Part shown: positions 10,230 to 18,263 of the stretch, piece by piece
Numbering within the stretch: position 1 is the stretch's first letter
Layout of the letters: each line of letters begins with the position of its first letter
Origin: a virus
Lineage: Duplodnaviria; Heunggongvirae; Uroviricota; Caudoviricetes
Virus record (IMG/VR): IMGVR_UViG_2675903313_000009
Strand: one strand, 5' to 3'
DNA: 64,000 bases
Position numbers and translations under genes: made by a program
The notes under the pieces: model-generated
Told to the model about the DNA's origin: nothing
The model's database searches: none
The model's input: the letters and a program-made list of their open reading frames with translations, nothing else

Positions 10230-10700
10230 GTGAAAGCTGATTTGTCAAAAATCCCTTCTATTTCAGGAAATAACGGTTATTCACTTCGTTGTGAGGAAGT
10301 AAAGATAAACGGTGAGTCGGCATATTGCAGCTACTCCGTTTGCCAGCACACCATTCTTGCCTTCAAAGAAAACCGTCTTCCTCGAACTTCATTCCAGTCG
10401 TGCGCAACCGCTATCAAAGCAGGCAAATGCAAGGCGTTAAAAATGATGGTTGAAGAGATTCGTAAAGGAGAATCTCTGTATTTCGAAGATATGACCGCGC
10501 TCATTAAGGAGGTTGAAGAACGGAATAAACAAGCCAGAACTTTAAAACGAAAACGTGACAGTGTAACGATTAATAGCATGGTTAAGAAGAGCACCACATC
10601 ACAAACAGCGATCACTGACGTGTATGCGGCGTTGCTTGAAGAAACAACAAAAGAAACACATGAGCAAATCGATCAACATATGGAGGTAAAACAACAATGA
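10230..10700 (+). CDS. hypothetical Cys-containing protein
   Basis: 156-codon ORF (GTG start), stop overlaps ligase start. Confidence 0.45.
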   Translation: MKADLSKIPSISGNNGYSLRCEEVKINGESAYCSYSVCQHTILAFKENRLPRTSFQSCATAIKAGKCKALKMMVEEIRKGESLYFEDMTALIKEVEERNKQARTLKRKRDSVTINSMVKKSTTSQTAITDVYAALLEETTKETHEQIDQHMEVKQQ

Positions 10701-12019
10701 AAAAGTTGATCGCACTTAAGCATAAGCTGGACGAAATGAAAGCTATGGGAACCAATGCAAAAAAAGAGGCATTGGCCAACATGGATGACTTCGAGCAAAG
10801 CATGGTTTCATTGATGCTCAACCCTTTCATCCGTTTTGGGGTAAAGAAATACAAAGTGGCAGAGCCGCTTAGTGAGTCCATCCCAAGTGACGAAAAAGCC
10901 ATTGATGTACTGAATAAGCTGGCCTCTCGCGAGCTAACGGGGAACGCAGCAATAGCTGCTGTTGAGTCTATCGTGGCGTCAATGTGCGCCGATGGGCAGG
11001 ACGTGTTCCGTCGTTTCCTCTTAAAAGACCCGAAAGCGGGTGTTGGGATTAGCCTATGCAACAAGGTTTTTGAAAATCCCATTCCGAAATTCGAGGTGCA
11101 GCTGGCGTCACCGTATAAAGAAAAAGGCGACAAATACCCCTTCAAGCCAAATCCTAAAGCAAAATGGCCGATGATTGGCAGCCTTAAGCTCGATGGTTTG
11201 CGAGTAATTTGCGAGGTTATTGTTGACGAAGAAGAGGTTAACTTCCTTTCTCGTACTGGTAATCCAATCACGTCTCTCGATCACCTAAAGCCAGCCATGC
11301 TCGAATTAGGCAAACTTTCAGGCCACAAACACATCTTCTTCGATGGTGAAGGCACAGCCGGTTCATTTAACCAGTCCGTATCTGCATTGCGCAAAAAGAA
11401 CGTGCAGGCAATTGGCGCTATTTATCATATTTTCGACTTCTTCCTACCGGAATGGCGAGCACAGGCTAAATCCAAAGAGTATGCAAAGACAGGTATGAAG
11501 CTGAAAGAGCGCCTGGCTATGCTGGTGGCGTTGTTCAAAAACGATCGCAGTGAAGGCTACACACAAGACATTCACCTGCATCCGTTCTATATCATCCATA
11601 GCCACGAAGACTTCATCGAACGCTTCATGAAACGCCTGGACGATAACGAAGAAGGGGAGATGGGCAAAGATCCGAACTCTGTTTACGAGTTTAAACGTAC
11701 CCGCAGCTGGTGGAAGTTAAAAGACGAAGATTCAGAAGATGGTGAAATTATCGACTTTGAGCCGGGCGATCCGGACTCTGGTTTTGCCAACACGCTTGGA
11801 AAAATTGTTATTCGCCTTGAAAACGGTGTGATTGTTCGTGCGAGCGGCATTAAGCATAAATATCTGGACGAGATCTGGAACAACAAAGAGAAGTACCGTG
11901 GTCGTATTGTCGAGGTTCATTGTCACGAGAAAACGCCGGATGGCAGCTTACGCCACCCACGACTGAAATGGCCGCGTTGCTTACGCGATACAGAAGATCG
12001 AATCGGAGATAAAGAATGA
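10697..12019 (+). CDS. ATP-dependent DNA ligase
   Basis: nucleotidyltransferase motif I KLDGLR, motif III-like FFDGEG, C-terminal OB-like region. Confidence 0.7.
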   Translation: MKKLIALKHKLDEMKAMGTNAKKEALANMDDFEQSMVSLMLNPFIRFGVKKYKVAEPLSESIPSDEKAIDVLNKLASRELTGNAAIAAVESIVASMCADGQDVFRRFLLKDPKAGVGISLCNKVFENPIPKFEVQLASPYKEKGDKYPFKPNPKAKWPMIGSLKLDGLRVICEVIVDEEEVNFLSRTGNPITSLDHLKPAMLELGKLSGHKHIFFDGEGTAGSFNQSVSALRKKNVQAIGAIYHIFDFFLPEWRAQAKSKEYAKTGMKLKERLAMLVALFKNDRSEGYTQDIHLHPFYIIHSHEDFIERFMKRLDDNEEGEMGKDPNSVYEFKRTRSWWKLKDEDSEDGEIIDFEPGDPDSGFANTLGKIVIRLENGVIVRASGIKHKYLDEIWNNKEKYRGRIVEVHCHEKTPDGSLRHPRLKWPRCLRDTEDRIGDKE

Positions 12020-12195
12020 TGCTCGGTTGGATGATTGCATTTTTAGCAGTTGGTTTTTTCATAGGTATTGTGGTGATGTCCAGTTGCATCAATGACTACA
12101 TTAAAAGCGGTGTTATAGAAAGACGCGGTCGTATTTATCGCATTGTAGAAATAACCAACACCGTGAAGGAGATTAAGGATGATCGTATTAAGTAA
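12016..12195 (+). CDS. small single-TM membrane protein (paralog family member)
   Basis: 59 aa, ATG overlaps ligase stop (ATGA); hydrophobic N-terminus then RRGRIYRIVEITNTVKE tail resembling the 12391 ORF tail. Confidence 0.4.
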   Translation: MMLGWMIAFLAVGFFIGIVVMSSCINDYIKSGVIERRGRIYRIVEITNTVKEIKDDRIK

Positions 12196-12394
12196 ACGGG
12201 AGAAGGAAACGCTTCATGAAATCAGTAAGTGGCCGGAGTTCCCTGAGTACTGGAAGCCTAAAACGCGAGCTAAGTTAGAGCGTTTAGGGTTGGTTGCAAA
12301 CGTTTCTGAAACGTGGTGTTCGGCCAACTACCAGTTAACTGATAAAGGGAAAGTATTGCTACAGCAATTAGTAGAATCAGGAGTGTTAAAATGA
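12179..12394 (+). CDS. hypothetical small protein
   Basis: 71 aa ORF with AAGGAG 7 nt upstream of the ATG. Confidence 0.45.
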   Translation: MIVLSKREKETLHEISKWPEFPEYWKPKTRAKLERLGLVANVSETWCSANYQLTDKGKVLLQQLVESGVLK

Positions 12395-12543
12395 TTCCAT
12401 ACATCTCATTAGCTTTTATGGGTGGCTTCCTTATCGGCTTCGGCATCTGTCGTGATTTAATTAAGCAGGAACTTAAAACCAAAACACTGTGCATCGGAAA
12501 GCGTGTGTATCGGGTAGTTCATGAAACAAAGGTGAAAAAATGA
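12391..12543 (+). CDS. small single-TM membrane protein (paralog; MIPY N-terminus)
   Basis: 50 aa; hydrophobic helix then GKRVYRVVHETKVKK; start lies inside the recurring 13-mer AATGATTCCATAC. Confidence 0.4.
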   Translation: MIPYISLAFMGGFLIGFGICRDLIKQELKTKTLCIGKRVYRVVHETKVKK

Positions 12544-12830
12544 TCAATTTGACTTCTTGGAACTGGTGGTTGGCCACCTATTTCTTAGCGGCCGGAGTCG
12601 CATTCGCCTTTTACGTAGGTCAGTTAGTCGTAAAACTGTTGCTGATTAAATTTGCTAGTCATAAACGTATCGATGATGGTCTGTGGCGTCTTGGCACCCT
12701 GGTGGAAATTCGCTACGGGCAACTTAAGGAGAACGAAACCATTACTATCCAAGCGAAACGATTCACTGCCACCATTACAAGAACACCTAGTCGTAGAGTG
12801 GCCTTGATCAAAAAAGTCACAACCGAATAA
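12540..12830 (+). CDS. small membrane protein
   Basis: 96 aa with N-terminal TM helix; ATGA start/stop overlap with preceding ORF. Confidence 0.45.
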   Translation: MINLTSWNWWLATYFLAAGVAFAFYVGQLVVKLLLIKFASHKRIDDGLWRLGTLVEIRYGQLKENETITIQAKRFTATITRTPSRRVALIKKVTTE

Positions 12831-13220
12831 AAACATATTGATAAGTATTTACTTACTTATCTTTTGTGTATAAGATGACTTTGTTTTCGTTGAGACGCGA
12901 CTGTTTGAACTTAAATACAAGTGCAAACGAAGAAGTCTATCTGGCAGTAGCCTAATAAGCCAAACACCAGCGAGGTCAGTTTCCAGCCTCGTTACCGAAA
13001 TGGGACACACTGAGCGAGTGTGATTGCAGAACGCAGGAGGGAACATTCATGTTCCCTCCGATGAAGTAACAGAATGGGCGGTTGGTATATTTTCAACTCC
13101 ATATGACTCCCGGATTCTTAGCCACTGACCGCCCATCCTGTTACGTCATTTTGTTCAATTATGTCGTTTATACTGGGTTAAAAAGCGGCGACGTAGCCCG
13201 GCTGGTATGGTTAGCCAGCA

Positions 13221-13342
13221 CACAACGTTGAGGCCATTACATTTTTATCAATTCTAAGGTTCTATTCACAGAGATACCGGCGAACGTTGATATGTAACAT
13301 GTTGGGCAAACATTCAATCGGAGTAGTGGCCTCAACGTTGTG
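13221..13342 (+). other. long inverted repeat (16-bp perfect stem, about 90-nt loop) upstream of tRNA cluster
   Basis: cacaacgttgaggcca pairs with tggcctcaacgttgtg; stem sequence resembles the hairpin after tRNA-Ser. Confidence 0.5.
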
Positions 13343-13608
13343 AAGACGGGATTGTTGTGTAGGTTTAACCACTGTTGCCATTGGTGCCTGTTTTCACAAC
13401 AAATGATTCCATACATCACATAGTATAAATTACAAAGTAGGTGCTGTCCTCAGAAACATCATCTACTTAAAGATTTTGCCTTCTACTATTGAGCGAAGTC
13501 GAAAGCGTCTGGCACTAACGAAAAGTGCAAGTAGCGGTGCGTTTCCTGGCAGAAACTAAACCGTCGCGATTGGCACTGTTGAGTAATAAATACTGGCAGT
13601 GCTGAATT

Positions 13609-13683
13609 GATGGTGTAGCTCAGCGGTAGAGCAGTTGGCTGTTAACCAACTGGTCGGTGGTTCGAATCCACCCACCATCGCCA
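13609..13683 (+). tRNA. tRNA-Asn (anticodon GUU)
   Basis: cloverleaf read by eye: acceptor GATGGTG/CACCATC, anticodon loop CTGTTAA, T-loop TTCGAAT, encoded CCA. Confidence 0.85.
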
Positions 13684-13688
13684 ATTTA

Positions 13689-13775
13689 GGGGAGTTAGTC
13701 CGTAGAGGTAGCGGTGTAGACTGTAAATCTACTGTCATGGCGACTCGGGTGGTTCGACTCCATCACTCCCCACCA
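13689..13775 (+). tRNA. tRNA-Tyr (anticodon GUA), class II with long variable arm
   Basis: acceptor GGGGAGT/ACTCCCC, anticodon stem GTAGA/TCTAC with loop CTGTAAA, T-loop TTCGACT, encoded CCA; D-arm not fully resolved. Confidence 0.7.
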
Positions 13776-13779
13776 AATT

Positions 13780-13855
13780 GCCGGTTTAGCTCAGTTGGTA
13801 GAGCAGTCGCTTTGTAAGCGAATGGCCAGCGGTTCAAGTCCGTTAACCGGCACCA
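13780..13855 (+). tRNA. tRNA-Thr (anticodon UGU)
   Basis: acceptor GCCGGTT/AACCGGC, D-arm GCTC-AGTTGGTA-GAGC, anticodon loop TTTGTAA, T-loop TTCAAGT, encoded CCA. Confidence 0.8.
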
Positions 13856-13863
13856 ACACAACA

Positions 13864-13939
13864 GGTAAGAGCATTGGGCGAATCGGCGATACTGACCCAC
13901 AAGGCCGTAAATCGATAGAGTCAGACCAGTGCTCTTACC
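13864..13939 (+). other. inverted-repeat hairpin between tRNA-Thr and tRNA-Ser (14-bp stem)
   Basis: ggtaagagcattgg pairs with ccagtgctcttacc (one G-U), loop about 48 nt. Confidence 0.5.
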
Positions 13940-14045
13940 GTTGTGATGAATGCACAGGCTGATGTGCCGCAACTACAGTAGTGCGCGCTTTGCGGGGCTT
14001 GCTACAACCCTGTGTCGGAGTTCAGTACCGACCATCACAATAGCT

Positions 14046-14132
14046 GGAGAGTAGGGAGCATGGTGCTCAAGCGGTCTTGAAAACCGTTCCATTGTGCAAA
14101 CGATGATGGTTCGATTCCATTACTCTCCGCCA
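14046..14132 (+). tRNA. tRNA-Ser (anticodon UGA), class II
   Basis: acceptor GGAGAGT/ACTCTCC, anticodon stem GCGGT/ACCGT with loop CTTGAAA, long variable arm, T-loop TTCGATT, encoded CCA. Confidence 0.7.
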
Positions 14133-14134
14133 GA

Positions 14135-14212
14135 CACAGCGTTGAGCGGTTTGGCCTTTTAATCAACTCGATTAAGACTCCGCTAACATAAACCAGACCG
14201 CTCAACGCTGTG
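14135..14212 (+). other. inverted-repeat hairpin after tRNA-Ser (16-bp perfect stem)
   Basis: cacagcgttgagcggt pairs with accgctcaacgctgtg, loop 46 nt; stem sequence related to the 13221 hairpin. Confidence 0.5.
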
Positions 14213-14289
14213 ATAGATAATTACGGCAGACGTTCTTAACCATAGCTTGCTAACATCTTAGCAACACTTTTTTCAGCGCAAAATTCAAA

Positions 14290-14309
14290 GGGGCTTCGGC
14301 CCCTTTTTT
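14290..14309. terminator. bidirectional rho-independent terminator
   Basis: ggggc-ttcg-gcccc stem flanked by A-run and T6; sits between the tRNA operon and the convergent minus-strand gene. Confidence 0.8.
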
Positions 14310-14324
14310 GTTGAACAGTGCAAT

Positions 14325-15587
14325 TTACTTTACATAGTCGCCCAGTTTTAATATTTCGCGCTTATATTCTTTAACCATGCTACTGGATTCAGTATAAATT
14401 CGATTTAAAAGATTATCGCTATCTTTATTCTCATTTATCTTAATGAGTGATAATTTAAATTCATAGTCATCAAATGCCACAATCAAATGGTGGCCTGGGA
14501 TTATATCTTCGTCACTCTTGAAGTATATATCTTCAAGTATGTAATCTAGTTGATTAGATTTTCTTTTCTCGATGTAATCTTCAGCCATAGCTATTACATC
14601 ATTCCTGTCATTTAACCTGTTTTTTTCGGAAGGCACATCTTCGTAATGTTGCACGATTGAACAACCAATAAGGCGTGGGATGTAAACGTCAAAATGAGTA
14701 ACTCTATCATTCGCGGTTTTAAGTTGTTCCTCAAAGTAGTTTCTTACATGTAAAGGCAACTTCTCAAAGTAATCATTAATTATAGGAGAACAAGGAGTTT
14801 TATAATTCATAAGAACCGACGGTACGAGCTGTGGGCGTCGAAACATCCAGTCCCTTTTAACGTCCGATGGAACATAATAACTTTTAATGATATTATCAAA
14901 ATAATTTATCATTCGAGATTTGAATATTTTATTGAATCTAAGGTTTATGAATGTATCCAGATAAGGCATATTTGAATAAGCATCATCAAAAAATATTTCA
15001 TCATTGAAAAAATCATATTTATTCAATAAACAACACAGTTTTTCCGAATTAATATGTTCACAATAATCGATTTTTAATCCAAAGATAGCAATGATCAACT
15101 TCATCTGAGGTGGGATTTTAAAAATTAATTGTGATACATACGCTCTTTTTTCCTTGAGACATTCCCCATCAATATAAAATGAACTATCCACATACTCAAA
15201 TATATTAATAATATGCTTCACATACTGTATTACCTCATGCTGTTTTACCAATGGGTAATAGAGTCTATGTAACTCATCGCTGTTTAAATTAATTTTGTGT
15301 TTATCGATAATTTGTTTTGCAAGAAGACATAACGCATCATGTTGATTTAATAAGGAATCAAACCATTGTTTAAATGCACTCTTTCGCATTTCGAACAATG
15401 ATTCAGTTGTTAATTGAAGGGCTGAAAAAGCTGCTTTTGCACTTTTTCTCGCTTCGTAGGCATTCCATGCTGTTGCTATAAAAGCAAATGCTGTAGCCAA
15501 TGTTCCAACAGTTTGACCATTTAAAACAACCCAATCCCAAAAAATAACGGTGAGCAGTAGTATAATAATGAAAATTAAAAAAGGCAT
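14325..15587 (-). CDS. hypothetical membrane-anchored protein, strongly AT-rich accessory gene
   Basis: 420 aa, N-terminal TM helices then large soluble domain; much lower GC than flanking genes; opposite strand. Confidence 0.6.
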   Translation of the reverse strand: MPFLIFIIILLLTVIFWDWVVLNGQTVGTLATAFAFIATAWNAYEARKSAKAAFSALQLTTESLFEMRKSAFKQWFDSLLNQHDALCLLAKQIIDKHKINLNSDELHRLYYPLVKQHEVIQYVKHIINIFEYVDSSFYIDGECLKEKRAYVSQLIFKIPPQMKLIIAIFGLKIDYCEHINSEKLCCLLNKYDFFNDEIFFDDAYSNMPYLDTFINLRFNKIFKSRMINYFDNIIKSYYVPSDVKRDWMFRRPQLVPSVLMNYKTPCSPIINDYFEKLPLHVRNYFEEQLKTANDRVTHFDVYIPRLIGCSIVQHYEDVPSEKNRLNDRNDVIAMAEDYIEKRKSNQLDYILEDIYFKSDEDIIPGHHLIVAFDDYEFKLSLIKINENKDSDNLLNRIYTESSSMVKEYKREILKLGDYVK

Positions 15588-15761
15588 GTATGTATTTCAC
15601 TCTACTAACTATAAATTATTAGGCTAATGTTAACCAAACAATGCCTTAATTAATAGATTGATCGAGGCTTTAATAGCTTTATAATGCAGACTGCAAAGAT
15701 AAGTATGCACATACCTATCTTCTTTGTAAGTAAAGTTGCATATCAATTCTATGAGGTAACA

Positions 15762-16007
15762 ATGACGATCACTATCTACGGACGAGATAACTGCTCATAC
15801 TGCAAACGTGCGGTCGAGCTGGCGAAGCAACTAAAGGGACATGGCTACGGTGATTATGAGTACATCGACATCACCACTGCCGGTATCAACAAGGAAAAAC
15901 TAAGTGAAATTGTTGGTAAACCGGTAGAGACTATCCCCCAGGTGCTGATCGATGGCCAGCCGATTGGCGGATACACAGAACTGGCTGCATACGTCAGCAC
16001 CCTCTGA
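15762..16007 (+). CDS. glutaredoxin/NrdH-like redoxin
   Basis: 81 aa with CSYC active-site motif and C-terminal TIPQVLIDGQPIGG; ORF open from 15684. Confidence 0.75.
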   Translation: MTITIYGRDNCSYCKRAVELAKQLKGHGYGDYEYIDITTAGINKEKLSEIVGKPVETIPQVLIDGQPIGGYTELAAYVSTL

Positions 16008-16012
16008 TTTTA

Positions 16013-16034
16013 ACGGCTCACAGGAGCCGTTTTT
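16013..16034 (+). terminator. rho-independent terminator
   Basis: stem acggctc/gagccgt followed by T5. Confidence 0.65.
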
Positions 16035-16086
16035 ATTCCCACCAAACTCACTCCCATTTCCCTTAAAATTCAAAAAACAACGTCAA

Positions 16087-16119
16087 AATGATTCCATACC
16101 TACTATGTATGGAATCATT
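16087..16119. other. candidate site-specific recombination core site (13-bp inverted arms, 7-bp spacer)
   Basis: AATGATTCCATAC-ctactat-GTATGGAATCATT, perfect arms, 100 bp upstream of the tyrosine recombinase gene. Confidence 0.5.
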
Positions 16120-16217
16120 ACTGAAAATGAGTTACTTTTACTCTTGATCCTATAAGAATCTATGCCTAATATACTGTTTACTTATACAGTGAATCGGCGT
16201 AACTCGGTGATTGTCAT

Positions 16218-17321
16218 ATGAAAAATAGCTTTGACAGAGCACGCGCTGCGGAGAACACCTCAAAAGAGGCGATTGAGTATCTCGAAAGAGCATCTCAAAT
16301 GCAGGCCGTTATGATCTCGCAGGTCAGCAATGACATGAGATTCTCGGACGCATTCATGTTATTCACTCGCTTATCTCTGCTGATAACAAGACGTCGGCCA
16401 GAGATCGCTGTTCATTGTATTTTGATACATGTTTTGCCGCACATTGCCGATGTAAAAGTAAGTGACATTAATAGGTTCATGGTGAACCAACTGGTCAACC
16501 CACTAATACTGGATGGCAAAATTGTTATGGGCCGCCGCGTTTTCTCTCTGATGAAGCAGTTCCTTAGCTGGTGCGCCTTCCAGGGGATGATAGACGTGTC
16601 ACCGTTAAACGATATGTCACTAAACAAAGTTGCCGGTGGCGCAAAGCCCACACCTCGCGAGCGGAAGCTGACCGACGCAGAGGTATGGGTGTTCTGGAAT
16701 ATATGGGACTACTTCAATGTGTGCGCTGGTACAAAATGGGCGGCCAGGCTGTGTCTTGTATCCGCAAGACGACCTGACGAAGTACTGCGGGCTAAAAAAA
16801 GTGAGTTCAATCTTAAGCGTGGGGTTTGGAATCAAGGCAAGAGGAACAAATCTGCCCGTGAGCATTCGCTGCCTTTAAGCACATTAATGCGCACATGTAT
16901 TGAAGAGTTGTTCGAATACGGTAAAGGCAGCCAGTGGCTCGTGCCTTCGAATAAAAAAATCGGGAAAGACCTTCCTATGTCTAAAGTGGCAATAGCCCAG
17001 GCATTACGTCGTATCCTGGAACGACCAGAACTGATGGAGCTTGAGCCATTTACACCCCGAGACTTGCGCCGTACTGCGCGTAGTTACTTCCCAGCATTAG
17101 GCATAAGCCAGGAGGTATCACGCAAAATCATGAACCACAGTCTTGAGGGGATAGATCGAGTCTACGACCGGCACGATTATATGGACGAGATGCGAGACGC
17201 CTTAGAAAGTTTCTCGACGTACATCGCATCAATCGTAGAGCAACCGGATTTAGACGAAATTGACCACAAATTCAAGGGAGATCGTCTATCAACAGAGCTT
17301 ATTCGTGTAAATTTTTCATAG
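16218..17321 (+). CDS. tyrosine recombinase (integrase/resolvase family)
   Basis: catalytic-domain motifs LVSARRPDE, TPRDLRRTARSYF and HSLEGIDRVYDRHDY (R...H-x-x-R...Y). Confidence 0.8.
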   Translation: MKNSFDRARAAENTSKEAIEYLERASQMQAVMISQVSNDMRFSDAFMLFTRLSLLITRRRPEIAVHCILIHVLPHIADVKVSDINRFMVNQLVNPLILDGKIVMGRRVFSLMKQFLSWCAFQGMIDVSPLNDMSLNKVAGGAKPTPRERKLTDAEVWVFWNIWDYFNVCAGTKWAARLCLVSARRPDEVLRAKKSEFNLKRGVWNQGKRNKSAREHSLPLSTLMRTCIEELFEYGKGSQWLVPSNKKIGKDLPMSKVAIAQALRRILERPELMELEPFTPRDLRRTARSYFPALGISQEVSRKIMNHSLEGIDRVYDRHDYMDEMRDALESFSTYIASIVEQPDLDEIDHKFKGDRLSTELIRVNFS

Positions 17322-17702
17322 AGACTTTATGGCCTCAACAACCTTTTGTGATGCGCCTTTCTCTTTACCGAATCGCTCGTTATATGCAGCAAGAACCTGT
17401 TTTTCGTCCTCGTTAAGAGGAGCGGTGCCTTCTTTGTATAAAAATGCTGCGAGTTCAGGTTGGCGTTCTTCCAGCACCATCATCATAAGACGACTTGGCT
17501 CAATACCCAGCGCCAGCGCCAACGGACGAACCTTATCGATAGGCAAAGGAATTTTGCCACTTTTAATTAAAGAAAGGTTGTTGGCATTTTTATAACCAAT
17601 AAGTCTGGCTATTTGGGCCTGACTCATAGGTGAGGATTCAATCAGCCCTGCGATAAAAGCAGCATAGCGACTTTCTATAAATTCAATCTTGTTGTCAGAC
17701 AT
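17316..17702 (-). CDS. XRE-family helix-turn-helix regulator (repressor-like)
   Basis: HTH SQAQIARLIGYKNANNLSLIKSGK; divergent from downstream genes; palindromic operator in its promoter. Confidence 0.6.
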   Translation of the reverse strand: MSDNKIEFIESRYAAFIAGLIESSPMSQAQIARLIGYKNANNLSLIKSGKIPLPIDKVRPLALALGIEPSRLMMMVLEERQPELAAFLYKEGTAPLNEDEKQVLAAYNERFGKEKGASQKVVEAIKSL

Positions 17703-17733
17703 TGTTACAACCTTTGCGCGTTCAATTCTCTCT

Positions 17734-17747
17734 GGTAAGTGCTTACC
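17734..17747. promoter_or_regulatory. O2 palindromic operator GGTAAGTGCTTACC in the repressor promoter
   Basis: 6-bp inverted arms with 2-bp centre, about 32 bp upstream of the repressor start; near-identical copy upstream of nrdA. Confidence 0.5.
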
Positions 17748-17952
17748 GATATTACATCAAAGGTTAGGGTTGTAAAGCTATTATCATTTTTTCGATAGGC
17801 ACTTAAAAGACCGGTTAAAGGCCATTGCACGGAGAAAAATTAGCCCAAAACAGGTAAGAAAATTAACTTGCATATGATATGAATGTATTCAGTATTGATA
17901 TAAATTTTAGTAGTATTCCTTACCATAGTATAAGTTAGAATGGATTGATTGA

Positions 17953-18165
17953 ATGAACACCACTATTTCCAGCCTAATCGCTCTTGAGATCGGACACGTA
18001 CAGAAATTAGCTGATGAGTGTGTAGCTGACATCCTCACCGATCTACCGAATGAGCAGATTCAGGTTGGTGTGAATGACACAACTGGCTTTATATTCGAAC
18101 TTAACAACAAACGCTTCACGCTTCTCAATATCGGCTCCGGGTCTTTAGCCGTCAGAATCTGTTAA
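17953..18165 (+). CDS. hypothetical small protein
   Basis: 70 aa ORF divergent from the repressor gene. Confidence 0.4.
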   Translation: MNTTISSLIALEIGHVQKLADECVADILTDLPNEQIQVGVNDTTGFIFELNNKRFTLLNIGSGSLAVRIC

Positions 18166-18263
18166 CCCCTCTTCTCCCTGCGCGAATGGCTTAGTTCCCT
18201 GTTCGCGCAGTGCTACATTAAACACACTAGTAAATAATTTGTTTTCATAACAAAGGATTAGCC

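Noticed and set aside
13940-14045. Possible fifth tRNA or tRNA pseudogene between the second hairpin and tRNA-Ser
   Set aside because: Nested stems are present but I could not fold a cloverleaf with a T-loop and acceptor stem; left as unassigned structured RNA.
15952-16155. 67-codon plus-strand ORF between the glutaredoxin and recombinase genes
   Set aside because: Runs through the glutaredoxin terminator and the lox-like inverted repeat; composition and context indicate noncoding regulatory DNA.
13609-17321. Interpretation of the tRNA cluster plus recombinase as a chromosomal tRNA attachment site marking a prophage end
   Set aside because: The tRNAs carry phage-style encoded CCA ends, occur as a four-gene array with hairpin spacers, and phage-type genes continue on both sides; the recombinase is internal to the element, so this is not the element boundary.
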